The notes under the pieces are model-generated. The model did not search any database. It was not told the DNA's origin and saw only the letters and a list, made by a program, of their open reading frames with translations. A DNA stretch of 64,000 nt. It comes from Candidatus Aphodosoma sp. (GTDB lineage Bacteria > Bacteroidota > Bacteroidia > Bacteroidales > Paludibacteraceae). Both the position numbers and the translations under genes were made by a program. Positions 43,212-53,300 of this stretch are shown piece after piece; the first letter of the stretch is position 1, and each line of letters starts with the position of its first letter. The stretch is from NCBI GenBank assembly GCA_051870785.1, contig JBJECF010000058.1:37601-101600 (forward strand), written 5' to 3'.

Positions 43212-44456
43212 TTATTTAGCTGTCACAGCCTCTATAGGTTTAACATTCACGGCTTTACGAGCAGGTATATAACCGGCAATTACACCTGCCACAATAAGTA
43301 CAATAGTAGCGGAAATAACTATTGATATGTCGACCGACGGATTTGCAAACATTGCGGGACCGGATTCGGCGGAAGGTGGATTATCAGGAAAAATAAGGCA
43401 TAATATCTCGGAAAGCCCCATGCCGAGGAGCATACCGATATAGCCGAAAACAGCGGTAATTGTAATAGCTTCTGCAACTACCATACGGATAATACTGCCG
43501 GGAGTAGCGCCTATTGCTTTACGGATTCCGAATTCTCGGGTACGCTCTTTTACCGTTATCAACATAATATTCCCCACACCTACAATACCGGCAATAAGAG
43601 TACTAATACCTATAAACCATATAAACATAGAGAGCCCGCCAAAGATCATTTTACTCTGCTCGTACGACGTTTTAAAATCGTTAATCCACACGGCATTATA
43701 ATCATCCGGAGCGAAAACTAAATGTTTTGATAATTTAGCTCTAATTTCTTTTGTATAATCGATATCTGCACTATGCTCGTTAAGTGTAAAAGTAACCGAT
43801 TCTACTCTGCCGGAAGGATTGTAAATTGTTTTAGCCGTATTTAGAGGAATAAAAACTTCCGGTTGATAATTGCCACCTTTTGTTTTATATACTCCCACTA
43901 CGTTGAAATAAAGATCGTTAGTAAGTTTAACATTTTTACCAATGGCACTATCGGGATTTTGAAACAGTTTCTCGGCAAAATTATTATCAATTACCACTAC
44001 CTTACGATTTTCTTTATTATCAATATCATTAATAAATCGCCCGGACACCATATCATAAACGCGGATATACATATAATCGGGCTCAACACCGCTAAGAGCT
44101 ATACTATTTTCGATATTATTGTAAATAAGGCTACCATTATTAACGTCAGAAACGGCAGAGAAATATTCAATATCTTTAATAGAACGTTTCAGGAAATCTA
44201 TATCATTATCCGAGAAATCGATTTTTCTCCATTGTTTTTTACCACCATAAGGTTTGGAAGTATATCCGCCATATACCGATAGAGCATTCCTACTCATATA
44301 ATTGAAATTACTGAGCATAGCATTTTTAAGGCCGTTACCACAAGCAAGAAGGGCAACGAGCATAAAAATACCCCATGAGATAGCAAAGCCTGTAAGGAAA
44401 GTACGTAATTTATTACTCTTTAATGATGCAAATATTTCTTCCAGAATATCTTTCAT
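43212..44456 (-). CDS. ABC transporter permease, FtsX/MacB-like
   Basis: Same architecture as its neighbour, with ERTREFGIRKAIGA. Confidence 0.9.
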   Translation of the reverse strand: MKDILEEIFASLKSNKLRTFLTGFAISWGIFMLVALLACGNGLKNAMLSNFNYMSRNALSVYGGYTSKPYGGKKQWRKIDFSDNDIDFLKRSIKDIEYFSAVSDVNNGSLIYNNIENSIALSGVEPDYMYIRVYDMVSGRFINDIDNKENRKVVVIDNNFAEKLFQNPDSAIGKNVKLTNDLYFNVVGVYKTKGGNYQPEVFIPLNTAKTIYNPSGRVESVTFTLNEHSADIDYTKEIRAKLSKHLVFAPDDYNAVWINDFKTSYEQSKMIFGGLSMFIWFIGISTLIAGIVGVGNIMLITVKERTREFGIRKAIGATPGSIIRMVVAEAITITAVFGYIGMLLGMGLSEILCLIFPDNPPSAESGPAMFANPSVDISIVISATIVLIVAGVIAGYIPARKAVNVKPIEAVTAK

Positions 44457-44485
44457 TACAAATAATGTATGAAATAATAAGAATA

Positions 44486-45145
44486 TTACTCTACGATAAT
44501 ACCATCTTTGAGTCGGATAATAGAATCTGTTTTATCGGCTATTTCTTGAGCATGGGTAACTACAATCATCGTAATGCCCTCCTTAGAGACGTCGTGAAGG
44601 AGATTGATAACGTCGAGCGACGTTTTAGAATCGAGGGCTCCGGTAGGTTCGTCAGCCAAGATGATACGAGGCTTTGCAATAAGGGCACGAGCTATAGCAA
44701 CTCTCTGTTTTTGCCCACCGGAGAGCTGATTAGGAAAGTGATTTGCCCAATCAGTCAGTCCGACGCGCTCCAGATACTCCATGGCTATCATATTACGTTT
44801 CTTACGCGAAACGCCTTGATAATAAAGAGGTAAAGCCACATTCTCCTGCGCAGTCTTAAAATTCAACAAATTAAAACTCTGAAAAATAAATCCGATATAA
44901 TGATTGCGAAACTGTGCAGCCTCTTTCTCCGATAGATTCTTTATCAATTTGTTATCAAGCCAATATTCACCTTGATCGTAAGAATCCAAAACACCGAGGA
45001 TATTCAACAAAGTAGATTTGCCGGAGCCGGATGCCCCCATAATAGATACAAAAGCACCCTGCTCTATTTGCAAATTTATCCCCTTTAATACGTGTAAAGG
45101 CGTTGAAGTATAATAAGTCTTATGAATATCCTTTAATAATATCAT
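44486..45145 (-). CDS. ABC transporter ATP-binding protein (MacB/LolD-type)
   Basis: Walker [10 protein letters not shown], signature [15 protein letters not shown], Walker [12 protein letters not shown]. Confidence 0.95.
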   Translation of the reverse strand: MILLKDIHKTYYTSTPLHVLKGINLQIEQGAFVSIMGASGSGKSTLLNILGVLDSYDQGEYWLDNKLIKNLSEKEAAQFRNHYIGFIFQSFNLLNFKTAQENVALPLYYQGVSRKKRNMIAMEYLERVGLTDWANHFPNQLSGGQKQRVAIARALIAKPRIILADEPTGALDSKTSLDVINLLHDVSKEGITMIVVTHAQEIADKTDSIIRLKDGIIVE

Positions 45146-45154
45146 AATAAATCA

Positions 45155-45370
45155 CTAAATTTCGGTGGTATTACCTGAATTTGACGATGCATTAGGTATT
45201 ATTATTGCCATAATAATATAGCAAATAACGCCTGCAAAGCATGTAAAAATAGTTAGAAATACATACGCTACTCTAATAAGAGTAACATCTACATCGAAAT
45301 ACTCTGCCAATCCGGCGAGTACACCGCTTATTTTCTTATCTGCGGATTTGGTTAATTTTTTATTTGCCAT
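45155..45370 (-). CDS. PspC-domain small membrane protein
   Basis: KLTKSADKKISGVLAGLAEYFDVDVTLIRVAYVFLTIF matches the PspC domain signature. Confidence 0.75.
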   Translation of the reverse strand: MANKKLTKSADKKISGVLAGLAEYFDVDVTLIRVAYVFLTIFTCFAGVICYIIMAIIIPNASSNSGNTTEI

Positions 45371-45497
45371 CTTTTCTTTTAATTAATTAGTTTTACTATA
45401 TACACTTTTATATTATAACGCCAAAAGGAAATATTATCAAATTGCATATTTATCGATAAACGATAATACAATGCTCGTTTCTTCCATTTCAACAATG

Positions 45498-45505
45498 CAA
45501 AGTTA
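45498..45505 (-). promoter_or_regulatory. Bacteroidota -7 promoter motif upstream of the pspC-ABC efflux operon
   Basis: Plus strand CAAAGTTA, i.e. TAACTTTG on the minus strand, about 130 nt upstream of the ATG at 45370. Confidence 0.35.
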
Positions 45506-45757
45506 CGTATTTATATGTACTATGCAATACATACAACTAAATTTTTTGAAAATAATTTTTTCTCAAGAATAGATAATGTTGATTATCAATATATTTACCA
45601 ATATAATTGATGTAAAATAAATATATGGATGGGATACAAAAACGGGTATGACGCGACAAAATTTAACATTTCAAATGCAAAAAAAAGCAAGAAATCCATT
45701 GCCGAGCAGAGAAACTCTACGGAGAAAAAGCGACGGGAGGAATATCACCATTAATGA

Positions 45758-45884
45758 TGATAGGTAAATCGTCGAGGAGGGAAAAATTCAGGGAAAAAGG
45801 CAATAAGAAGAGAGTAGCTATTAAAATTGATAGGTAAACCGTCGGGGTATAAAACTCTTGGAAAAAAGGCGAGAGAAAAGAAAC
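45758..45884. repeat. Two imperfect purine-rich direct repeats of ~55 nt, spaced 70 nt apart
   Basis: TGATAGGTAAATCGTCGAGGAGGGAAAAATTCAGGGAAAAAGGCAATAAGAAGAGAG (45758..) versus TGATAGGTAAACCGTCGGGGTATAAAACTCTTGGAAAAAAGGCGAGAGAAAAG (45828..). The first 20 nt are nearly identical, and overall identity is roughly 70 percent by eye. Confidence 0.5.
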
Positions 45885-45891
45885 TAAACAT

Positions 45892-46848
45892 CTAAAGATG
45901 AATATCCTCGATATTGACAATCTTATTAGCAATAGCGTAAATAGTAAGACCGGCAGTAGTGTGTATTTGCAACTTGTTTGATATATTCCGACGATGAGTA
46001 GTTACGGTATTTACCGACAAGTAGAGTGCATCGGCTATCTCCTTATTACTCATACCTTTGGTAACACATGCAATGATATCTTTCTCACGTTCGGAGAGCA
46101 ACTTCAGTTTATCGGTTTTATCTTGTTTTTCTTCTTTCGGTATGTCGGCATATACAGCATCACCCTTCTTTTTGAGTTGATATTCAGCGAGTTTTACTGC
46201 CGGAACGAATATACAATCTTCTATCTGACAATGAAGAGTAAGATCATGCTCACAAGCAATAATTTCGAGAAGGGCTGCATTAAGCGAATAATTATTCTTT
46301 TCGGGGTAGCAACGTATAATAACGTCTTTAAGCTCCTTTAATTTATCGCCGATAGGCTTATGTCGGCTGGCAAATTCGGTAATAGTATAATTACGCTTGA
46401 GGCGACCAGCCAATAGTTGCTCTACATACTCAAAAACCACTTCATCTTCGTACTCCATATGCTTACGAACGGCGCTGACATACTCATCATAAAATCGAAT
46501 GATTAGTACTGCTATATCGCTAGTTCCGGCACAATCTATTGCCTCTATCAACTTACGTCTGATACTCGGCATGTTAAAATTTAGAAAATACTCGTGCGAC
46601 TGCTTAAGATATTTAATCAAAGCAGGGAGCGACACCTTATCCGGCTTATACTCTTTTCCGGTGATAAAATTGGCAACCGCCAAGAATGTTTTTTCATCCA
46701 CATCATGCGCGCGACATACCTCACCGATTGTTTTATCTCCAAAACCGAGAGAGATTTCAAAACGCCCCATGACTAATATTAAAGCACTATGGTCTATCAC
46801 CAAATCACGCATTTTATCATTCGACTGATAGCATATGGATCCATTCAT
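45892..46848 (-). CDS. LuxR-family transcriptional regulator with N-terminal ScdA_N/hemerythrin-like sensor region
   Basis: The C-terminus LSEREKDIIACVTKGMSNKEIADALYLSVNTVTTHRRNISNKLQIH is a LuxR/GerE HTH. The N-terminus MRDLVIDHSALILVMGRFEISLGFGDKTIGEVCRAHDVDEKTFLAVANF resembles DUF1858/ScdA_N. It is followed by His/Glu-bearing helices (SHEYF, RKHMEYEDEVVFEYV, CEHDLTLHCQIEDCIFVP) like hemerythrin HHE cation-binding domains. Confidence 0.7.
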   Translation of the reverse strand: MNGSICYQSNDKMRDLVIDHSALILVMGRFEISLGFGDKTIGEVCRAHDVDEKTFLAVANFITGKEYKPDKVSLPALIKYLKQSHEYFLNFNMPSIRRKLIEAIDCAGTSDIAVLIIRFYDEYVSAVRKHMEYEDEVVFEYVEQLLAGRLKRNYTITEFASRHKPIGDKLKELKDVIIRCYPEKNNYSLNAALLEIIACEHDLTLHCQIEDCIFVPAVKLAEYQLKKKGDAVYADIPKEEKQDKTDKLKLLSEREKDIIACVTKGMSNKEIADALYLSVNTVTTHRRNISNKLQIHTTAGLTIYAIANKIVNIEDIHL

Positions 46849-46876
46849 TGTGGTAATTATTAATTAATTGCGATTG

Positions 46877-46884
46877 CAAAGTTA
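46877..46884 (-). promoter_or_regulatory. Bacteroidota -7 promoter motif for the regulator gene
   Basis: Plus strand CAAAGTTA, i.e. TAACTTTG on the minus strand, about 30 nt upstream of the ATG at 46848. Confidence 0.4.
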
Positions 46885-46990
46885 CTGAATTAATAGAAAA
46901 GACACAATACTTAAAAATAATTACAGACTCAATTATTCGCCATTTTCAAAATACCAAAATTTGAGTATTGTCCACCCTAAAAAACACCTA

Positions 46991-46998
46991 TAACTTTG
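46991..46998 (+). promoter_or_regulatory. Bacteroidota -7 promoter motif for the hmu-like operon
   Basis: TAACTTTG 28 nt upstream of the ATG at 47026. Confidence 0.45.
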
Positions 46999-47025
46999 CA
47001 CTCGAAATTAAAAAAACTGACAAAC

Positions 47026-47475
47026 ATGAAACGAACAATTATTTTATCAACTATTATTACACTACTGTGTTTATCGGCATGTAACACCGAAAAATTTCCG
47101 GATATTTCGAAAATTACAGGAGAATATAACGGCTATACAGTAGCAAATTGTGCCTTCTTCCAAGACGCATTAGTAGAGAATGAAACCATTGTTATAACCG
47201 ATAATGGAGATGGAAGCGCGAGTGTGAAATACACTTCCGAAAAATACGGAGCTTTCAGTATTACTACCGTACAAGTGACTGAAAAATCGGGAACATTTAC
47301 ACTCTCGGGAAGCGGAAAAGCAGAGATGGGGATGAATGACAATATATCTACTTACGACAGCACCTTCTCCGGCGTAATCAGTGGCGACAAACAAGCCGAA
47401 TTGCATTTTAACATACCGGCTGTTATGGGCGGTCTGGTTATCGACTTCAGTAACGGAGAAACTCCGGCAGAATAA
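47026..47475 (+). CDS. Small lipoprotein, possibly a calycin-like beta-barrel; first gene of the hmu-like operon
   Basis: MKRTIILSTIITLLCLSAC lipobox. The body is beta-rich, with ...FTLSGSGKAEMGM...FNIPAVMGGLVIDF. The family assignment is tentative and from memory. Confidence 0.5.
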   Translation: MKRTIILSTIITLLCLSACNTEKFPDISKITGEYNGYTVANCAFFQDALVENETIVITDNGDGSASVKYTSEKYGAFSITTVQVTEKSGTFTLSGSGKAEMGMNDNISTYDSTFSGVISGDKQAELHFNIPAVMGGLVIDFSNGETPAE

Positions 47476-47502
47476 AAAAGCAAGCCAAGCAAATCTATAA
47501 TA

Positions 47503-48168
47503 ATGAAAGTAAGCCAAAAAATAATATTGTATATTTCGGGAATGATAGTGCTACTGTCATTCCCGGCTTGTAATGGTATCTTGGCAGGTATCTATGATGA
47601 GCCGGAATTTAACGATGCAGATAATTTCGGATTTATCTACGTTGATGAAGAAAAAAACGAAGGGCGCATCTATGTTAATGCTTCGGATTATACACAATGG
47701 AACTATATCAACCTGCACGATAACAATGTAATAACGACGGGTATTGACGCCGAGGTACCGGAGAATTGGGATTTTGCCTTTCACCGCTACGATACAAAAA
47801 CAAATAATGGAGCCGTAGTAGAAACAGATGCTGTGACTTTTAACGAGTTACCGCTACTTGGCACTATTCCTACCGACTCTTTTGCAATAGATGAATGGAC
47901 GACAGACAAAATAATTATCGATATGTCGCAAATGATGGATGGTAACATAGAATATGTCGAAGATTGGTATAACACTACCCTATCGAGATGGCTAAATGTT
48001 GATAAATCTACAATGCCACCTATATACACATTGTCGAACAAAATATATATAATACGACTAAATGATGGTACTTACGCCGCATTAAAAATACCCTACTATA
48101 TGAATGATAACGGCGAAAAAGGTTATATTACCATCGACTATTTATATCCGATAGAATATGATAAATAA
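47503..48168 (+). CDS. hmuY: HmuY-like heme-binding lipoprotein
   Basis: Lipobox LLSFPAC. NWDFAFHRYDTKTNNG and the C-terminal YALKI...YITIDY are typical of the HmuY family. It sits immediately upstream of the TonB-dependent receptor. Confidence 0.7.
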   Translation: MKVSQKIILYISGMIVLLSFPACNGILAGIYDEPEFNDADNFGFIYVDEEKNEGRIYVNASDYTQWNYINLHDNNVITTGIDAEVPENWDFAFHRYDTKTNNGAVVETDAVTFNELPLLGTIPTDSFAIDEWTTDKIIIDMSQMMDGNIEYVEDWYNTTLSRWLNVDKSTMPPIYTLSNKIYIIRLNDGTYAALKIPYYMNDNGEKGYITIDYLYPIEYDK

Positions 48169-50314
48169 AATTATCTGTATTACTACATTCTTATTTATTA
48201 TAACCATTAATTCCGTAGCACAATATAAAATTACAGGAAGAATAACAGATACCGACAATGTACCTTTAATAGGAGCTATAATTTCCGTAAAAGAGAGTAG
48301 CATTGGCACGATAACGGATACTGCGGGACGCTTTGAACTGAATTTACCAAACACAAAGACGTATATACTTACAGCCTCTTATATCGGATATATCAATTCT
48401 ACTAAAGAGGTGAGCGTAAGTAACACCGACACGATACATTTTCAACTGAAAGAGAACTCGTTGATGCTCGACCAAATAGTGGTAACGGGCACCCGTACGC
48501 CAAAGTTACTTAAAGATGCTCCTATTGTAACGCGCATCATTTCGGCTATTGATATAAAAAAATCGGATGCCACAAACATACAAGATTTGCTACAAACCGA
48601 AATGCCGGGCATTGAATTCTCTTATTCGATGAATCAGCAAACATCGTTAAACATGTCGGGTTTCGGAGGCAACTCAGTTCTTTTCCTGGTAGATGGGGAG
48701 CGATTGGCAGGCGAAACCCTCGACAATATAGATTACAACCGCTTGAATATGGATAATGTAGAGCGGATAGAGATAGTAAAAGGGGCTGCATCATCGCTCT
48801 ACGGGTCGAATGCCGTAGGGGGAGTAATAAACATCATCAGCCACCAATCGAACGAGCCTTGGACTGTAAATATGAATACTCACTACGGGGCACATAACGA
48901 ACAACGCTATGGAGGTTCGGTAGGCTTTAATATCTATAAATTCAACTCACTCACCAACGTACAATACACTGCCATTGATGCCATTGATTTATCAAAAGGC
49001 ACAGAGAATCCGGAAGTGGGCGACTACAATAGTATTTATGGTTATAACACTCTCAATGTAAAGGAGAAGTTGATATTCAAAGCATTAGACAATTTAAAAT
49101 TCACAGCGCGTGTAGGATATTATTACCGACAAAGGAATTCGGCAGAAGACAGCAAAGACCGCTACCGAAATTTTTCGGGCGGATTAAAAGGAGAATATAG
49201 CCCAACAGAAAAAGATGATATAGATGTGTCGTACTCTTTCGATCAATACGACAAGAGCGACTACTACATATTTTCCGACAAAGACATACGCGACTATAGC
49301 AACGTTCAACACGTTTTGCGAGTGCTATACAACCACACATTTGCAAATAAGCATATTCTAACGGTAGGGAGTGACTATATGCGCGACTACCTGATGTCGT
49401 ACCAATTTGAGAATAACGGCTACTACATACAACATACCATAGATGCATTTACACAATTCGATTGGAATCCGCATCCAAAATTCAACCTTATAGCGGGACT
49501 CAGATTCGATATATATTCAAAATCAAAACTTTATAATTTCTCTCCTAAGTTAGGATTGATGTACAAGTTTAAATATTGCTCTCTACGTGGTTCATATGCA
49601 GGCGGATTTAGAGCTCCTACTCTCAAAGAAATGTATATGAACTTCTATATGGGTAATATCTTTATGATATACGGCAATGAAAATCTAAAGCCGGAAACGA
49701 GCCATAACTTCTCTCTTTCAGCCGAATATATGCAAGGGTGGCACAACGTCACCTTTTCGGGATTTTACAATATCGTAGACGATAGAATAACGACGGCATG
49801 GAACACATCACTTGGCGGACAGGTATATACCAATATGTCTCGCATACAAGTAGCAGGAGTAGACGTTTCCGCATCGGGCAAATATCCTATAGGAATATCA
49901 TGGCAACTGGCATATGTATTTACATACGAGCATATTAAATTAGGAGAACCAATGCTGTCGTCTACAAGACCTCACTCGGCAACAGCCAAAATAGCCTACG
50001 ATAAAGATTGGAAATATTATGGGTTGAACATAGCTCTATCAGGGCGTTGGATGTCGAAATTAACTACCGACGTATACACAGAAGTAACATCTTACGAAGA
50101 GTACGAAAAACGCACTTATCCGGGATATACTATATGGAAACTCAGTCTGATGCAACGCATTTGGAAAGGCATTAACATCACCGTTGCAGTAGACAACATC
50201 TTCAACTACCGCCCGAAATATTACTATTTTAATTCACCTACAACAACCGGAACAACAGGTTCTGTAACCATATCAATAGATCTTGAAAGAACGTTTAAAA
50301 AGAATACAATATAA
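48158..50314 (+). CDS. hmuR: TonB-dependent receptor (HmuR-like) with N-terminal carboxypeptidase-regulatory-like domain
   Basis: YKITGRITDTDNVPLIGAIISVK (CarbopepD_reg-like), plug (LDQIVVTGTRTP...VERIEIVKGAASSLYGSNAVGGVINII) and a beta-barrel of about 500 aa. Confidence 0.88.
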   Translation: MINKIICITTFLFIITINSVAQYKITGRITDTDNVPLIGAIISVKESSIGTITDTAGRFELNLPNTKTYILTASYIGYINSTKEVSVSNTDTIHFQLKENSLMLDQIVVTGTRTPKLLKDAPIVTRIISAIDIKKSDATNIQDLLQTEMPGIEFSYSMNQQTSLNMSGFGGNSVLFLVDGERLAGETLDNIDYNRLNMDNVERIEIVKGAASSLYGSNAVGGVINIISHQSNEPWTVNMNTHYGAHNEQRYGGSVGFNIYKFNSLTNVQYTAIDAIDLSKGTENPEVGDYNSIYGYNTLNVKEKLIFKALDNLKFTARVGYYYRQRNSAEDSKDRYRNFSGGLKGEYSPTEKDDIDVSYSFDQYDKSDYYIFSDKDIRDYSNVQHVLRVLYNHTFANKHILTVGSDYMRDYLMSYQFENNGYYIQHTIDAFTQFDWNPHPKFNLIAGLRFDIYSKSKLYNFSPKLGLMYKFKYCSLRGSYAGGFRAPTLKEMYMNFYMGNIFMIYGNENLKPETSHNFSLSAEYMQGWHNVTFSGFYNIVDDRITTAWNTSLGGQVYTNMSRIQVAGVDVSASGKYPIGISWQLAYVFTYEHIKLGEPMLSSTRPHSATAKIAYDKDWKYYGLNIALSGRWMSKLTTDVYTEVTSYEEYEKRTYPGYTIWKLSLMQRIWKGINITVAVDNIFNYRPKYYYFNSPTTTGTTGSVTISIDLERTFKKNTI

Positions 50315-50332
50315 AACTTAAATAAAATAGAT

Positions 50333-53300
50333 ATGAAACGAAAAATAACCATTATTGGAAGCATTGTCGCCCTATTGATAATTATAGCGGTGGTATTATG
50401 GAAAATTTGGTTCTCTGCCACACAAATTGCATTTATTAACTATCAAGTAATTACCCTTGGACAAATAGCTAAAGCAAACGACAGCCGACAGATAAAAGTA
50501 TCGGTACTCGACATAGAGGAGCTGAATAAGATAGATAAATACGATATGGTGCTAATAAACGGTATGGGACTGCGCATTACAGCCGACCAACGCGAAGCTA
50601 TACAAGTAGCAGCCGATGGCGGTATACCAGTAATTACAACTATGGCTACCAACCCTGCAAACGAAATAATATCGTTAGACTCCATCAATACCGCAACGAT
50701 AAAAAAATACTTATACTACGGTGGACGCCGAAACTACCGTAATATGCTGCTCTATATCCGACGCAATATTGATGGTAAAAAATTTGGAGTTAAAGTACCG
50801 GAAAAACCAATAGAGCTCGAGCAAAAACAATTTTACCATATCGACCCGAGCAATCCTGAAGAAGACGAACTTAATTTCGGCAGTGTAAACGAATATGAAG
50901 ATTTCTTACAAGAGCACAATCTGCTAAATACGACATCCCCACACATCATCATCACCGGGCAGATGGGAGAGGCAAAAGACCTTGTAGCGGAATTAGAAAA
51001 AACGGGAAACGTAGTGTACTGCATCCGAAATATTAAAGACGCACTACTTAATCGCCAAGCAGATTCAATACAGCCTAATGCCATTATCAATATGGCACAC
51101 GGGCGCGTAGGCGATGAACTCGTACATTATCTAACACAACATAATATACCACTATTCTCTCCATTAAACGTCAATAGGCTAACCGAAGAATGGGAGGAAG
51201 ACAGACAAGGCATGAACGGCGGCTTTCTTTCTCAGAGTATAGTAATGCCGGAAATAGACGGAGCAATACGCACCTATGCCCTTTTCGGTCATTACACGGA
51301 TAAAGAAGGTTTACAACACATCTATGCCATTCCGGAACGACTGACGAGCTTCGTAGAAACGGTGAACAAGCACATCGCATTACAAAACAAGCCTAATAGC
51401 CAAAAGCGTGTTGCCATATACTATTACAAAGGACCGGGACAAAATGCACTCACTGCAACAGGAATGGAAGTGGGATCATCTCTCTACAACCTTTTTACGA
51501 AAATGAAAGACGAAGGCTACAAAATAGACAACCTACCGGAGTCGGCTAAAGCATTAGAACAGTTGATACAACGCCAAGGGGCTATTTTCAACTCATACGC
51601 GGTAGGAGTAAAAGCGGAATATCTAAAAACGAGTAACCCGGCAATAATTACCGAAGAAGAATATTCGAAATGGACAAAAGCATCGATACGCCCAGAGAAG
51701 ATGGAAGAAGTGATAGTTATAGACGGTGAATTTCCGGGTACATATATGCAAACGGACGAAGGCGCGATGGCACTACCACGAGTAGAACTCGGCAATATAG
51801 TACTTTTACCACAGCCACCAGCCGGAAGAGGCGATGACGAATTTGCCATAGTGCATGGAACCAATGCCGCACCACCGCATATCTATGTAGCATCTTATCT
51901 TTGGTCGAGATACGGCTTCGGAGCCGATGTAATCATCCATTTCGGAACTCACGGTTCTCTAGAATTTACACCACAAAAGCAAGTAGCATTATCCGGCAAA
52001 GACTGGCCGGATGCACTTATCGGCTCCACACCTCACCTTTATATCTATTCTATCGGGGATGTAGGAGAAGGTATGATAGCAAAACGCCGCTCATATTCCA
52101 CTATAATTTCTCATCTTACTCCACCATTTATGGAGAGCGAAGTGCGCGATATTTACAAAGACCTGAGTGCTGCCATCCAACAGTACAACAACTTACTCTA
52201 CGACGAAAAGAAACCCGACACCGAAAAAGCAGCGATGAAAGTAAAAGAGCTCGTTGTAAAACTTGGCATTCATCGTGAATTACGCCTCGATTCGGTACTC
52301 GACAAACCATATACCGAACAAGAGATAAGCAAGATAGAAAATTTTGCTGAAGAGCTTGCCAATGAAAAAATTACAGGCAAACTATACACTATGGGAGAAG
52401 CATATTCGCCTGAAAGAATAGAGAGTAGCGTATATGCCATGACTATTGAGCCACTCGCCTATTCTCTATTGGCATTGGATAAATACCATGGTAAAAAGAC
52501 AGAAAATATAGAGAAGCACAAAACCCTCTTTACAAAAAATTATGTAACACCTGCTACAAAACTCGTTAAAGACATCATTAAAAATAACGAATCCATCAGC
52601 GACAAACGAATATGTGAAATAGCCGGAATTACGATGGAGGAACTCACTAAAGCACGCGAAATAACACTATCTGCAAATGCACCGCAAAAGATGTTGGAAA
52701 TGATGATGACCATGTCGACAACGGCAGATGTAGGCAAACATAAAGACGTGATAAAAGAAAAAGAGGGAAAAATGAAGCACCCGTCATTCATCCCAAAAAT
52801 CGGCAAACGCCCGAAAAGCACATATAACAAAGAGGAGAAAGAATCCCCGGCGAATATGCCACCAATAGTAGGATTAAACCAATATACTAAAGAGGAAAAA
52901 GAATTTGCCCGCGTAATCAATGAGTTAGAACGAAGCATTCGCAATGTAGAAGAATACAATCTCGCATTGAAGAATAGCCCTGAATACGAATTTTCATCAC
53001 TCTTGAATGCCATGAACGGAGGCTATACTGCACCATCGCCGGGCGGAGACCCTATCAGAAATCCGAATGCCGTACCGACAGGAAGAAACCTCTATGCCAT
53101 CAACGCAGAAACTACCCCAAGTGAAACAGCATGGGAACAAGGAAAGAAATTGGCAGAAAACACCATCAAGATGTACAAAAGCAGACATAACGACTCAGTA
53201 CCAAGAAAAGTAAGTTACACTCTTTGGAGCGGGGAGTTTGTAGAGACGGAAGGAGCAACCATAGCACAAATACTCTATATGCTTGGAGTAGAACCGGTAA

